Below, piece after piece: positions 11,528-24,479 of a DNA stretch of 64,000 nt (within the stretch, counting starts at the first letter, position 1; each line of letters starts with the position of its first letter). A program made the translations under genes and the position numbers. This stretch comes from Leucoraja ocellata (lineage: Eukaryota), in contig JAWMAR010000008.1 of the NCBI GenBank assembly GCA_036785375.1, forward strand, positions 14,012,001 through 14,076,000, read 5' to 3'. A model generated the notes under the pieces. That model did not search any database. It was not told the DNA's origin and saw nothing but the letters and a program-made list of their open reading frames with translations.

Positions 11528-14500
11528 TCAACGTCCTTTATACGAGTAGATTAAAAAACAACCTTAATATCACTGTAGATGGGTTTTAGCACTTTGTAAT
11601 TAATGTGGATTTGATACAATAACACTCTTATTTAGTGTTTAATATTGGAAATCTCAAATTACATCAATCAATAAATACATTGTGTTCATGTTTTGCTCCA
11701 CTATGTTCATGTAGCTCCTTTTGCAGGCTCCAACAATGGCACAGAGAGTTTCTTGCTTGCCACTTAATTCGTGTAACTTAAATAATATACAGTGATTGGA
11801 TTCATATTAAGCAATTCTGCACATGAGAGTTGTTTCCTGTTCTGACACTGACGCAAGTGACAAAATAAGTGGCTTGTTCACAGAAAGCAACCAGCTACAT
11901 CTGTAAAGAAATTCTGATAAAGGACTATTTGTTAAATTTTACCTTGCCTTCAACTGAATGGAATTGTAGTTCTCTAAGCACAGATGAGAGGTGGTGGCAA
12001 AAGCTGAAGTTGCTTTTTAGAGACAGACTAATTCATTAACAGCTTTTTCCTTCCTCCTTCCTACCTTTACTCTATTTGAAGCATCATTATCTCTTTGCAG
12101 TCTGCAGTATCTCCTGTTTCTTTTGAGAACCTTTTCTTGTTGTTATTTCTTCCTTACAAAAGGGCTGGCTGCCTTGGAGTGGGGGTGGGGGTGAGGTTAT
12201 TGGCGATTGGTGGTATAGCTGTTTTGAAATTTTAAGAACCCTCTTCAACCCACAATTGGGCGGATTTGATCAGGGATTTGTGTAGTGTCTACACAGAAGG
12301 CTTTCGTTATTTAGGAGACTAATCCTTAATATACCATCCCCTTTGTAAAGAACAAAGACAGCATTTCAGGGTATTGTCAAAACAAAGAAAAACAAATTTC
12401 TAAACCATTTAATTCACCGTGCCTGTCGATTTTGAACACTTTGATTCCAATTTCACCAGATTAATTCTCTTCATTTATTTTCATTCCCTTTTTTTCCCTT
12501 TTCATTGACATTTGTTCCTTGTTTGGTTTATTTAAAACATTGTATAACTGTTTACTGTTTAAAATAATCAGTTAACCTATCTCAAAATTAACAGGCAACT
12601 GCAAGTGACTTTGTAAAAGTTAGAATGTGAATTCTGGGGTAGGATTTACAAATGAGCATTCCTGGGCTGAATCCTGATTAGCTGGGAGACCAGGTCAGAC
12701 TGTTACAAAAACCTACCTTCCAGTTTCCTACTTTCTGTTCATGACTACTTTTTGACTTTTTCTTCTGAATAAATTCCTTCTAAAAAAACAATCTTCATAT
12801 TTCATTTTAAATTAAATGTTCCTGCTGGTGTAATTGCGCTTGTTAACAGGATAAATGGAATTAAACTTGGGATTTAAAAAGCAATCTTCAGGGTTCCAGT
12901 ATTACTTGAGGATGTTGGGCGGGATGGAGAGGAGTGTTTTGATTCATAGAATGAACATCCCCATAGTCTGAAGATTAAGAATGCAGTGAATGTGTGTTGG
13001 GTTTACTGGAAGGCTGCCTCTCAGTTTGGTTTGGCTCCGCCCCGAATATAATTCTGGAGAAGTGTCAAACCAAACTTCAAAATAATGTTCAGACAACTTT
13101 CTCGGCCCTCAGCACTTTCTAACTATTTTTTGTAATGCATTTGGATGTGAGCATTCAAAAGCTTTAAAGACCCTCCTATATTTCCAGCGCTTTCTATTTT
13201 TGTTGCTTATTTCTTGCATTTTACTATGTTCGTTTAATTAGTTGCATCAATGTGTACATATGTAGGCCTCCCTTGCTGGATGTGTAGGTGGTGCTGACAA
13301 TTGACACCTTCACCAACACAGCCTGGAAGAGGGGTGTTTATTTTGCTTGATCCTAATTGCTCTTCTACAGCAAATTGTTTGCTTGGCTATGGAATGTGGA
13401 GATGTAACCCATCTTGAGAGTTAATGGCTTCCTTTTCCTGAAGATTATCAATGAACCAATTGGTCTGTTTATTCCCCATAAAGTAACAGATTTATTTAAT
13501 TTCATGCACCCTTGTGAGATTTGAATTTTCATCCTATGTTTGTTGAAAATTCACATTTGTATCCATGCAAAGAGAGGCAGTTTTCATGACTATATCGCCA
13601 TAGTTGAAAATATTGCTCCCTGTGTGGTAAGTTCAAACACATTGGATGAATGTTTCATGTTCATAAGTTTCTCTTGAATCATTTGACATTGCAGTAAGTC
13701 GAGGTCAGGGTGAGAGCAATTCCAGCAGGTATGATGATGACAAGATTAAGCTACAACGTGAAGTCATGCTAGGAGAAGAGTGGTAATGTGGCAGATATAC
13801 AAGGGACACATCTCTGTGGTAGTAGTAATATCCAGCATTTAAAAGATTCAATGAAAAATGGATACCTTTGATGAAATAATAGGATTCAGCTCACTCTGTG
13901 TACATGTCGAGCTTAAAACTTGCATAAGCTATTTTAGGACAGACATATTTGATCTTTCAAATTACATATTTTTGATCATGAAATAAGTACATCGATTCAA
14001 GCACACTAACCAAAGTAGAGGTTTGTGTGTTCCTTTTGGGAGAATATTAACTGTATGAAACTTCACAGCTATAGAATATACTGATAATCTAGTTTGATCT
14101 GGAGAGAATCTACTTAATTAATCAATATCTAGTTCATTAATTAGTTCCAGATTCCAGTAGGTCAGGAATTTTTCTTCATTTTTTTTCTCTTCAAGTGGAA
14201 GTCAAAGAGGTCCAAACCCACATCATTGTCTAGAATTTATGGTCAAGCAATATTTAATTCAAACCTTAGTTTACTTTGAAATTTAATTGCCCCAATTAGT
14301 TCTTTTACTAGTAAAGTCAGACTATTATTTAAATATACTTGATTTGTTTGCAAGCTGCTGTTTTTAACACATTCCAATGAATTATACTTATTATCAGTTT
14401 TAATATTTTTTTCATATCCCTCATGATGTAGAAGGAGACGATTCTGCCCATTAAGTCTGTGCCAGTTCCAACTGCATTCCCATTGATGCCATTCACTCAC

Positions 14501-15419
14501 ATATTTCCCTGTAACCTGTTCTCTTTTATGTACCCAAGAACTGGCTAATCCTCCCATACGAGGGGTGATTTATAAATCTACATTGTGTAAATATTTAAAT
14601 GAGTCAAAATACAAATTCTGCATTGTGGTTATTATGTGCAGTGTCAGCTGGGAGTAAAGACGTTTTGGCTTGTAAGCACTACACTTAACATTCAGACACG
14701 TTAAGTTTCCTGCCCCTTCTCATACTGCTTTTGTTAAATTCCAAATTGTTTCTGTAGTGAAGTGAGAACTACGGCCATTATCTTTCTTTGGAGCTTTTTA
14801 TATTTATTCTGACCATGTTACTTGTAACAGTAGAAAATTGTTTTCCTTTAGTAGAACTCCATGAAATGTTGACTGTAGATTTATCTGCCGCTTTTTGTCT
14901 TTGAAGACCCATGGATTTTTGTCAAAATACAATAGATATTATGTTACTGTGGTTTGCGTTGTATGCTCCTTACAGTCTCTTAAATAGCTAAAGATAACTC
15001 TTGGCGGGTTGATGGGATAATAAACATATGTGCTATACTTTCTATTAGTTACCTTCACAACCAAAGCATTGAAACTAAGAGGAAAAATCTCAGAATGAAA
15101 TTAACCCTTATGGATCCAGCTGCTTTACTTTAAAAATGTTCTTTTGAGTCTAGGTATGAAACCCTTCTCGCTCTGAATCACATTGTGCATTACTAGTATC
15201 AGTGCAAAGGGGATGAACACAGGTCTTCCACTGCCATCCGGGATCTGACATTGTCGATCCTAAGAAGAGGTGGTGTGAAAACCTTTCTTTTGGTCCTGAA
15301 AGCCATTCAATTGTTTGTGTCATCAAAAGAAAAAAACTGCAATGGGTATCAGATAAAGGACGCATTTCTAAAACCCACCAAGAGTTCATCACCACTTGAA
15401 TCTGTGACTTTCACTATCA

Positions 15420-15655
15420 AGAAAGCCAATGTCAGCAGACATAGAAACGCCATCAGCGGGTACCACTCCAAGTTATACACCATCTCAATTTTTTGTTTAT
15501 TGATCATTCCTGTGTTAAAGTCCTGGGGCTCCCAATCTTACAGCTTCACTACTTGGACTGCACTGGTTCAGCATCACTTTTTCAAGTGCTGCTGACAATT
15601 GGTTGATGAATGCTGGCTTTGCTGATTATACCACATCCCGAGAAAAATTAAAAGA
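15420..15655 (+). mobile_element. 3' end of an old CR1-clade LINE
   Basis: aagtcctggggctccc...ggactgc..ggttca...gaatgctggctttgc..ccacatccc tail, resembling 33635-33725 and the old SINE tails. Confidence 0.55.
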
Positions 15656-16439
15656 AAAAGGAAAGGGAAAAGGTCACAAAGATTACATGGCCTTTGCTTG
15701 TGAACATTTAACTAATATGTACCAAAAATGTTTAACATGTCCATTTATGATGTGAATCTTTTTATGGCCTTATGTAATATGATTTATTACAACTATGCTG
15801 AAAATATTTGATGTGTAAAGCAAAGTCAGAAGGTTATTATTGATGATGTCTCCTGCTAAAAGCGTGTAGCTAAGTTTTCCTGGTGTCTTTGGAGGATACG
15901 TGCAAACATGACTTTGGATAATTACATGTCAACATTGAATGTTGAACTTAGCCAGTGCAAGTATTGAAGTCTTTGGATTTGTACTTGGATTATTACCAGT
16001 AGATTGACTCCAGATGCCAATAAATATGAGTAGATCCAGTCCGCTATCTAGAGAAGGTTTACTGCCATCATGGTGGGTGTTAAAAGTCAAATCAAGTTTA
16101 TTGTCATATGCACAAGTATAGTGATGTACACACCGATAATCTTGCTTGCAGCAGCACTAGAGATGCATGGACTCGATCGAACTACATAAATTATTCATAT
16201 TAGACAAAACATTGAACAGGAAAAACATTGTGCAAGACACAATTACAAGGCAAATCCATGGTGCTAGTGCTAGTTTCCAACCTAGTAGATGGTCATGTGA
16301 ATATAACCTTTAACCATGTTTTACTCAGCTTCATATGAAGAAATGCCATATTTATCTACTGAATGATATGCAATGACATTTGTCTTCAGTGCGATGGGGT
16401 AGAGTATCCTATTCAAAAAGTTATTATGAAATAGTCTAG

Positions 16440-16643
<204 letters not shown>

Positions 16644-17879
16644 TAATGGATTTTGACTTGAGTTTCCAGTATGATGTTAATATGCATGGAACTAAACAGA
16701 TTAACACAAAACATATGTGCGGACACCACTCATGCTAGCTCAGCGTATCCACATGCAAATGGCAGGTTAAAGTCCCAACTCGAAATATTGCTTGTCCATT
16801 TTCCTCCACAAATGCTGCCTGACCCACCGAATTCCTCCTGCAGTCTGCTTTTTGCCCTGGAGTTCAGCGGTTGCATTCTTTTATGTCCCATGTCTCCTTA
16901 AATATAGTTTCCACCACAATAAGCTCCACTGGACCTGTCTGCAAACTGTACCTGTCCCTTTGGTGTTACTGTCCTGTTGACTTAAAAAGATGGAATCCTC
17001 AGGAGGCCCTAAATTAAATAACCATAAACCCCGAACAAATAATCATTTAAGTATACTTAAAAGTAACTGCAGTAATTTGATTTTGGGACAGAGTAGATTT
17101 AACTGCATAACATGGCTGCTTAAAGGAATGTGAAATAAACTAAAGATGCATGAAATAAACTGCTAGGGAGGTGGAACATGTTTTAGTAAATTATGGAGTT
17201 TAGAAGTTGAAAACAACTATATTTTTCTTATTTTAAAAGAGGCCTGCTTCCATGTGAATTCTCTGTTCACGCTTGCTAGATAATATAATGAAAATAGGAT
17301 TGTATGGTAATGTCCAGCATCTGATTTTAATAAAACATGTGTTAGGGCACGGACCCTTTATCAGAAGTACAGCCTGATAAAGTGTTAAGCTGATAAACAT
17401 GATTCCATAACTTCTATCTGAGAAATGAGTTTTAGTGATGCTAATCTTGTACACTAGTGTGGGTAACATATATTTTTAGATTGTGGGCCTGCATCTGTTG
17501 AAACTTGAACTCTGTATGGATTGCCACACACATTTGTATTGGGTTTGCTTTTGTAGTTTGTTTATACATGTGTGTCAATGTGCAAAAGGGTTCAGTTGAG
17601 AGGTGTGGTTCATTATTCAAATCTTCAGCAGTTAATATAAATTATCATCTGATGAAAGATATTTTCAAGCTTTAGCTGATCTTTTGTTTAATGCTACATA
17701 TATCTGAGATTTTTTTTTAAACAAATAAAATGTCTTTAATTTTCTCACACTTTTCACAATCTTGTCACCAAGGTGAATAATTTACTTTGATGTCTAGTTT
17801 ATGTTGTAATGTAGGAAACCAAGCAGCAATATGTCCACAGCAAAAATCATTAGAGCACAAAAAAGTAAATCAGGAGAAG

Positions 17880-18350
17880 GACATTTGGCACTTGTGTCTG
17901 CTTTGCCAATCAATAAGGTTATGGTTGACCTTCATCTTCAGCGTCGCTTTCCTGAATTCATCCCTTATTCCTTGAGTCCCATAACATCTGAAAAATGATC
18001 TTTCTTGAAAGTACTCAATCACCAAAACCGCATAGCCTTCTTTGCCATATAATTCCAAACATTCACAGGCCTCCTGGTGACAACATTTTCTTCCATTTCT
18101 GTCCTGAGTAGAGATTACCTTTAATTTTAGGTTAACTTCTGGTCCTGGACACTGCAGCCAGAGAAAAGTCATTACTTCAGCATCCCTGTCAAGCCACACA
18201 AGAATTTGGAGTGTATGACTGAGAACACCCCTCATTCTTCTGAAGGGAATATGTGCCAGTCTGCTTAATGATAATGATAATTCTGAATTCGGAAATTAAT
18301 CAGGTGAACCTTCATAGTACCTTTTCTATTGTAGGTACAGCCTTTCTTAA
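17880..18350 (-). mobile_element. Old CR1 3' fragment
   Basis: Minus-strand MRGVLSHTLQILVWLDRDAE is a decayed RMRGDLIE..KI..GLDR.D motif. Confidence 0.6.
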
Positions 18351-19919
18351 GTAGCAATTATTCAACATACATTTTATCACAATTTTCTCTCCTGTTTTCT
18401 TAAATTCGTACATTTGCTACTTTCCAATCCAATTCATGGAATCTTCTATAATCTATGGAATTTTAGAAATTGTCAACCACAACCCCTAACCCTCCTCCTT
18501 TAAATAGCTGCAATGTAGCTCATCAGATCTATTTGTTTTCCGCATGATTTACAAAAAGAGGGCCTTTTTAATAGCGTTAAGTTTAGCTAAAAATACTAAA
18601 GGCTGCATTAGATTGTTTAATAGAATCATTGCACATGCATCAATAGAGGTGATTGCTTGTCAATTTCAGTGGCCACCTTCTGTTTAACTGGCAGATAGTG
18701 TTCTAATGATCCAGCGGTGACAAGCTTATATAGAAACAATTTTCTTTCCGACTTTTTTTTGTAAAATAGCTTTTTTTTAGATACTGAATATTGTGTAAAC
18801 ATTTTAAGTCTTTAACTTTCATTTCATACAGTCTTTAATTTAATTGATACTCATAAGCAGACCACTTCTCCTATTTTTGTCTTACTGCAAATAAAAGTGA
18901 AACACACTGGCATTTATATATCAGTTTTCAAACCTCAGATTGTCCAAAAGTGTATTGTAGCCAGAGCTGCTTTTGAAATGTGGCAATTATTGCAATTTAA
19001 GATTTTAGTTATGTTAAAGGGAGGATAAAAAGCCACAAATGGAAATCTAGATTAAGACACACTTACTCACTCCCACTCGCTTACTCTCTCTCACACACAT
19101 CACATACGGACGCCAAGACCAGGACATTAAGAAGTCTCCATAAATAACTTGTTTTCTTCCTGTGAAGTACAGAAATCCATCATAATATGACATTACGTTC
19201 AACAAATAATTGCAAGAAAGGGTTGAATTCTTGTTCTCAGCTCCATCTCAGAGCTGCCTGTGGGATGCTAATTGCAAGCACTTTACATAAATATAACTAA
19301 GCAAGTGTACAATTTCTTTTATGTAAAAAAAATATATACATGCACGGCCACAAAAGATGGAGAATCAAGGGAGTTCAACATTACTTTACACTCTTCGTCC
19401 AAGAAATAACAGGATGTATTTAACTGCTTTTTTAAACAAACAATAAGAACGTAAGAGAAAGGAGCACGGCCCCATGATCTTTGACCACTGCCATTTGACA
19501 AAGTTGTAGCTGATTTTTGTTTACCTTTAATTGTCAGACTAATCCCAGTTTCCCTTGATACCACTATCGTTCCAGAATTCTGCTGACCTCAACTTTGATG
19601 ATACTCTACCAATGAACATTTACAGTCTCGATAAAGTATCTTGCATAATATTATTTATTATCAGCTCATCATGAGTTGTGCATACAACTGTGGCTAATTC
19701 CAAACTGTACCGAGCGTTTATCCTGGCTTTTGATCCCACTGTTTCCTTTCTAGAAGACAGATCTCTTCCTGCAAATCAGCTGATCCATAAAATTAGCCAG
19801 TTCCCTGCCTCCCAAACACCAGCTTCTCTGATGTTGAACTGTCCCCGTTCATAACTAAGCAGCTGGTTCTTACCTCATTGTACCTAATGCAATATGAAAG
19901 AAGGAGCAATACGCAAGGA

Positions 19920-20170
19920 GTTTATCAGTTTAGTTTATTGTCACGTGTACTCGAGGTACAGTGAAAATCGTTTGTTGTGTGCTAACCAGTCCGCAGAAAG
20001 ACAATCAATGCATTTACGGTGTATAGATACATGATAAGGGAATAACGTTTAGTGCAAGATAAAGCCAGCACAGTCCAATCAAGGATAGCCCGAGGATCAT
20101 CAAAGAAGTAGATAGTAGTTCAGCACTGCTCTCTGGTTGTAGTAGAATGATTCAGTTGCCGTAGGATGAT
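19920..20170 (-). mobile_element. Rex1-type 3' tail
   Basis: tttagtttattgtcacgtgtactcgaggtacagtgaaa, the reverse complement of a hairpin plus AATAAA plus microsatellite tail. Same tail near 54890 and 55980. Confidence 0.7.
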
Positions 20171-21619
20171 TCCGTTGCCGATCGGGTACTGCAGATATTG
20201 CAAGCTTAGTGGGTCAGGCATTTGTGGGGGAACTGGATATACAACGTTTCAGGTTAGGAGTCTTTTTCAATGATTTCTTGTTGAAAACCTAGTGAGGTGT
20301 CTTGATGTAGGTCAGTAAGAACTGGGCAAAGGAAGGCAAGATAGAATTGAGAAATTTGGTGGGGCAAGTGTGGAGAGAAACAATGGATCTGCCAAGATAG
20401 TCTTACTTGTGGATTTTTGGAAAGAGATTGAAAAGAGCACCACATGGTTGGGGAACTATTAAGCTCAAGGCTGAGAAGGGGAGATTGCTGAAGGTGATGA
20501 GATTGGAGATGATATGGAAGATGGTGGCCTGGTATTCATCCGTGACTCATGATCAACGGATAGGTACGAGGAGATGTCCAAGAGCTGACACCAGTGCAGA
20601 TTTGGAGGATTAATCTGACACTAAATCGCCCCCAGTGTGTGTCTGAAGTTGATGAGATTAAAATGAATTTATTGTAAATGGGTAGTCGATGGCCAGCATG
20701 GACTAAGTGAACCGAAGGGCCTGCTTCTGAGCTGTTTGACTGCAAGTGGAATTAACCTATTCTGTGACATAAGTAGATTGATTAAAGGAGCATCTTAAAG
20801 GAAAGCCAAAATATCGGATCAAACAGCTGAAAGTGTGTAAACCAGTGACAGAATTATGTAAATCAGAAATGTGTGAGTTTCCAGGATAGGAAGAGGACAG
20901 AGATTTGAGAGGATGCCTGAGGTGGTCAAGATCATAGCGATAGAGGCTAAACCTTAAAGTAATTTAAAAATAAGAAATGAGAATGGTAGGACATTGAGAG
21001 CAGAGTGGAACTGAAAACATCTGAGAAGATATGCATCAATCCTTAACATTTTGGCCATTTCTCAAAAAAAAGGAAGGGATTTTTTAAAGAATGTGTAAAA
21101 AAACAAACTGCTGGAAGAACTAAGAGGGTCAGGCAGCATCTGTGAAGGGAAGTTGACAGATGACTTCACATCTGCATCTTTTTTCAGACTGCGTGTTTCC
21201 GCTGGTGAGGGAATCCAAATCAAGAGCACATATTCTTGAAATTAGTGCCAGGCTGTCCATTCGGAGGGTGTTACTAAGAAATGATTCACACAAAGGTACT
21301 TGAAATCCAGAACACGCTTCTCCCAGAAACAGTTTAAGCTCGATCTCAGCTGAAAATGTCCGAACTGAGATTGTTAATTTTTGTTTTGCAAGGATATTCA
21401 GGGTGCTGACGGGTATATGGGGGCAAGATAAATATCAGGCAAGAATTAAATTACTATTTTAAACTGTCTCAAGGACATGTGTACCTATTTTTCTCAGTAG
21501 CTTTAAACATTCTTGTGCATATATCTTGCTTATTCAAAATGACACCTTAAAAGGCAAGTCTGATATCCCGTTTCAGGAAATAAAAGTGTTATTTTGCACA
21601 GTGAAGCTTTTTGGAACAT

Positions 21620-21880
21620 AGAATAGCACATAGAACCGTACCTTGCAGGAATAGGCTGTTCAGCTCACAATATCCTTGCTGAACATGATGCTAAGCTAAA
21701 CTAATCTCCTCTGCCTGCAGCTGACCAATATCCCTCCGTTCCCAGTATATCCACGTGCCTATCTAAAAGCCTCTTAAATGCCACGATTGTCTCTAGCATC
21801 ACCTCTCAACATATTACAGGCACCCAACACTCTGTGTAAAAGAAAACGTGTCCCACACAGCTCCTTAAAACATTGCCCCC
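21620..21880 (-). mobile_element. CR1 3' fragment
   Basis: Similar to 9245-9530 (caggaataggc...caacactctgtgtaaa). Confidence 0.65.
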
Positions 21881-22102
21881 CTTGTAAAGCAAGAGGCCAT
21901 ATGTTTATTAATTTTTTGAATTAATTTGGAAAAAATAAAAACCTTATAAGTAAAGAGATACTGGAGACATAATACTCCTGAGAGAGTGGCTGAATTGCTT
22001 TCACCCACTTTGGGCCCTGCCAAAGTAGAATTTTTCCTCCATTGATCTATTAACATTTCAAGAAGAAATGTTCCATAGGCATGAAGATGATTATTTAAAC
22101 GG

Positions 22103-22255
22103 AACACACAAAGTGCTGGAATAACTCACATGGTTAGGCAGCATGTCTGGAGAACATGCATAGGCAACACTTCAAGTCAGAATCCTTCTTCAAACTGAAG
22201 AAGGGTGCATAACGAAACGTCGCCTGTCCATGTCCTCCGGAGTTACTCCTTTGTG
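22103..22255. mobile_element. Palindromic Penelope mini
   Basis: Head-to-head pLTR arms, with CTGAAGAAGGGTGCATAACGAAACGTC at 22195-22221. Confidence 0.75.
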
Positions 22256-22278
22256 GTTTTTTTTGCTAACCCACCTCG

Positions 22279-22786
22279 GCCCTCAATAACATGGGGAAAA
22301 TCTGGATGTCTCGGATGTCTAAGGGTGTTAAACTGAGATTCTTCCATGCAACTGTCGAGACCATATTGTTGTACGGGTGTGAGGCATGGACTCTCACTCG
22401 AGCATTGTCCAAGTCTCTCGATGGTACCTACACCTGAATGCTCAGAAAAGTTCAAAATGTCAGTTGGAGGGACCACATCACCAATGCTCTGTGGGGAGAT
22501 TCAACCTCGGACCGAGAAGATCAGGTGGAGAAGGATGAGGCTCGCTGGTCACTGCCACCGCCACCCAGAAATGCCAGCAAACAAGTTTGTGCTGTGGGAA
22601 CCCACCCATGGGATGGCCAATCAAGACGATGCTGAAGACATTGATGGAAGACGCATGTGTAGAGACAAAAGAGGAGCTTGCCAGCTGCATGGAGGACAGA
22701 GATGTGTGGTGCATCCATCACTGTGCCCGTTGGAATCCAGCACCGCTGCATCGCTAATGTTTTCAACAATTTAATAATAATAATAA
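22279..22786 (+). mobile_element. 5'-truncated RTE-clade LINE (second lineage) with (TAA)n tail
   Basis: KLRFFHATVETILLYGCEAWTLT..LDGTYT*MLRKVQNVSWRDHITN, then frameshifted RRMRLAGHCHRHPEMPANKFVLWEPTHG. Ends taataataataataa. Confidence 0.85.
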
Positions 22787-24479
22787 ACTTCGGCGGCTCC
22801 TTGTGTCTCTGTTTAAACAAATTATCATGGGGCTAGATAATAAACGGCAATATGTAGCAGTACATGGGTAAGAATTTTAGTTGTCAGCCAGTCTCTGACG
22901 AATGTAGAGTAGATGTGACTTTTATTGGCTTCAGGAAAAGAAATGTATTCACAGAAGTGTGTTTGGCACCAGTGAGACCATTTTATATCAAAAAGGACAT
23001 TCAGCCATTGATTATATGAGAAAGGAGCCGCATAATTGAACCTAGTCAGTGTGAATTTTTTTACATCAGCCCTGAACTGTGATGATGAGATGATAAATTG
23101 AAATTTAGATGATGTTTATATTATGAATCAATGACAAAAAGACTGCTGCAAGAAATTGAACCTATTCATGTAAAAACAAATCAGCCTTGTTGCATACATT
23201 CTGAATACATATAGTTTAGCCTGTCACTCCCCTCCATTAATATATCACAGCACAAAATAATTGCAGTCATGGACAATGACCATCTGGCTCAATGTTATAT
23301 ATGATGCACTGGGTATAGAACAAATGCTTTGGTACTAATGGCTGGAGGCCTGGAGGCAACAAACACGGAGTGTGTCTTCAGCAGATGCAAAGACAGTCAG
23401 TCCCAGGTGAATCAAACAGATGTAATTACACCTGTGTGGCCAATGGCTTTGAGGGACTGCTCGAGGGGATCAAGACACTGGGTCCAGCTGCTTAACTCAC
23501 TAATTGCAGATTACTCTGACTAATAAGAGGTGTCTGAGCAGCCTGAAGTCTCAATCATTGATGTAACTGCACTTGAAAAGTAGTGTTTAAAGATATTTCT
23601 GCACTCCATATTACTTTAAATTATCCCAATATGTTCATAATTAGCATTGATGGTGAATTTTTGTAAATGGTTTAAGGGAAGGATATGTAGGCACAAAACT
23701 GTTTGGCACCAGTGGGATCACATCTGGAATATTGTCGGCATTCACTCGCAGAATCAACTATTCATTAAACAATTTTAGTTAAATTGGACGCTGAGATTAG
23801 CTCAGAAAAATGCAAGCTTTTTGAATGCTGCAGCAGTGTAGAGGGAACTGTATTTAGATTCAGAGCACGAGGGCAAGGGAGATCAACTGCTTGAGGACAA
23901 CTGGAGAAATTATGGAATCTTTGGAGTTGTAAGAGAGATGTTTCGGGGATGATTTAGAACCATAAGAGGAGATTGTGGCAAAATGGAAAACCAGCATGCT
24001 CAGTCTTATAATTCAATCAATAGTAAATACATGACCAATAATTTTTTTGGAATTCAAACTATAAATGAAGAAAACTCAAATAATGAAAGCCATTTGATCT
24101 TGGTCTTGCTGAGTTAAACCCTGTGAAATAAAAACATATACATTCAACATAAACTTACATGATGATAGTTTAAATCCGAATCATGACCTGAAATAGCTTT
24201 TAAGACTTAGTTGCCAGCTTGTTTTCAAATCATTCAAGAAAAAAATCTATGGATTCTTTACACCATGCGAAAAGGTTAAAATAAATATTATGATTCATGT
24301 ATAGAAACTTGCCTCTGGCCAAATCAATCAACAAATGGTAAAAATGTAAATTGAGTCCAGAAAATATATAAATATGGTGCAATCACCCATGTCAGAAAAA
24401 ATGTTAATACAGTCACGATGACGAAGAAAGTGCTGAAAATGTGACATGGGTGGACCGACCCTGCTTTGGTATTTGCTGC

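Noticed and set aside
23075-23120. C/D-box snoRNA (TGATGA motifs, also near 2281 and 13730)
   Set aside because: The motifs are part of short (GAT)n runs, with no terminal stem, properly placed D box or recognisable rRNA guide.
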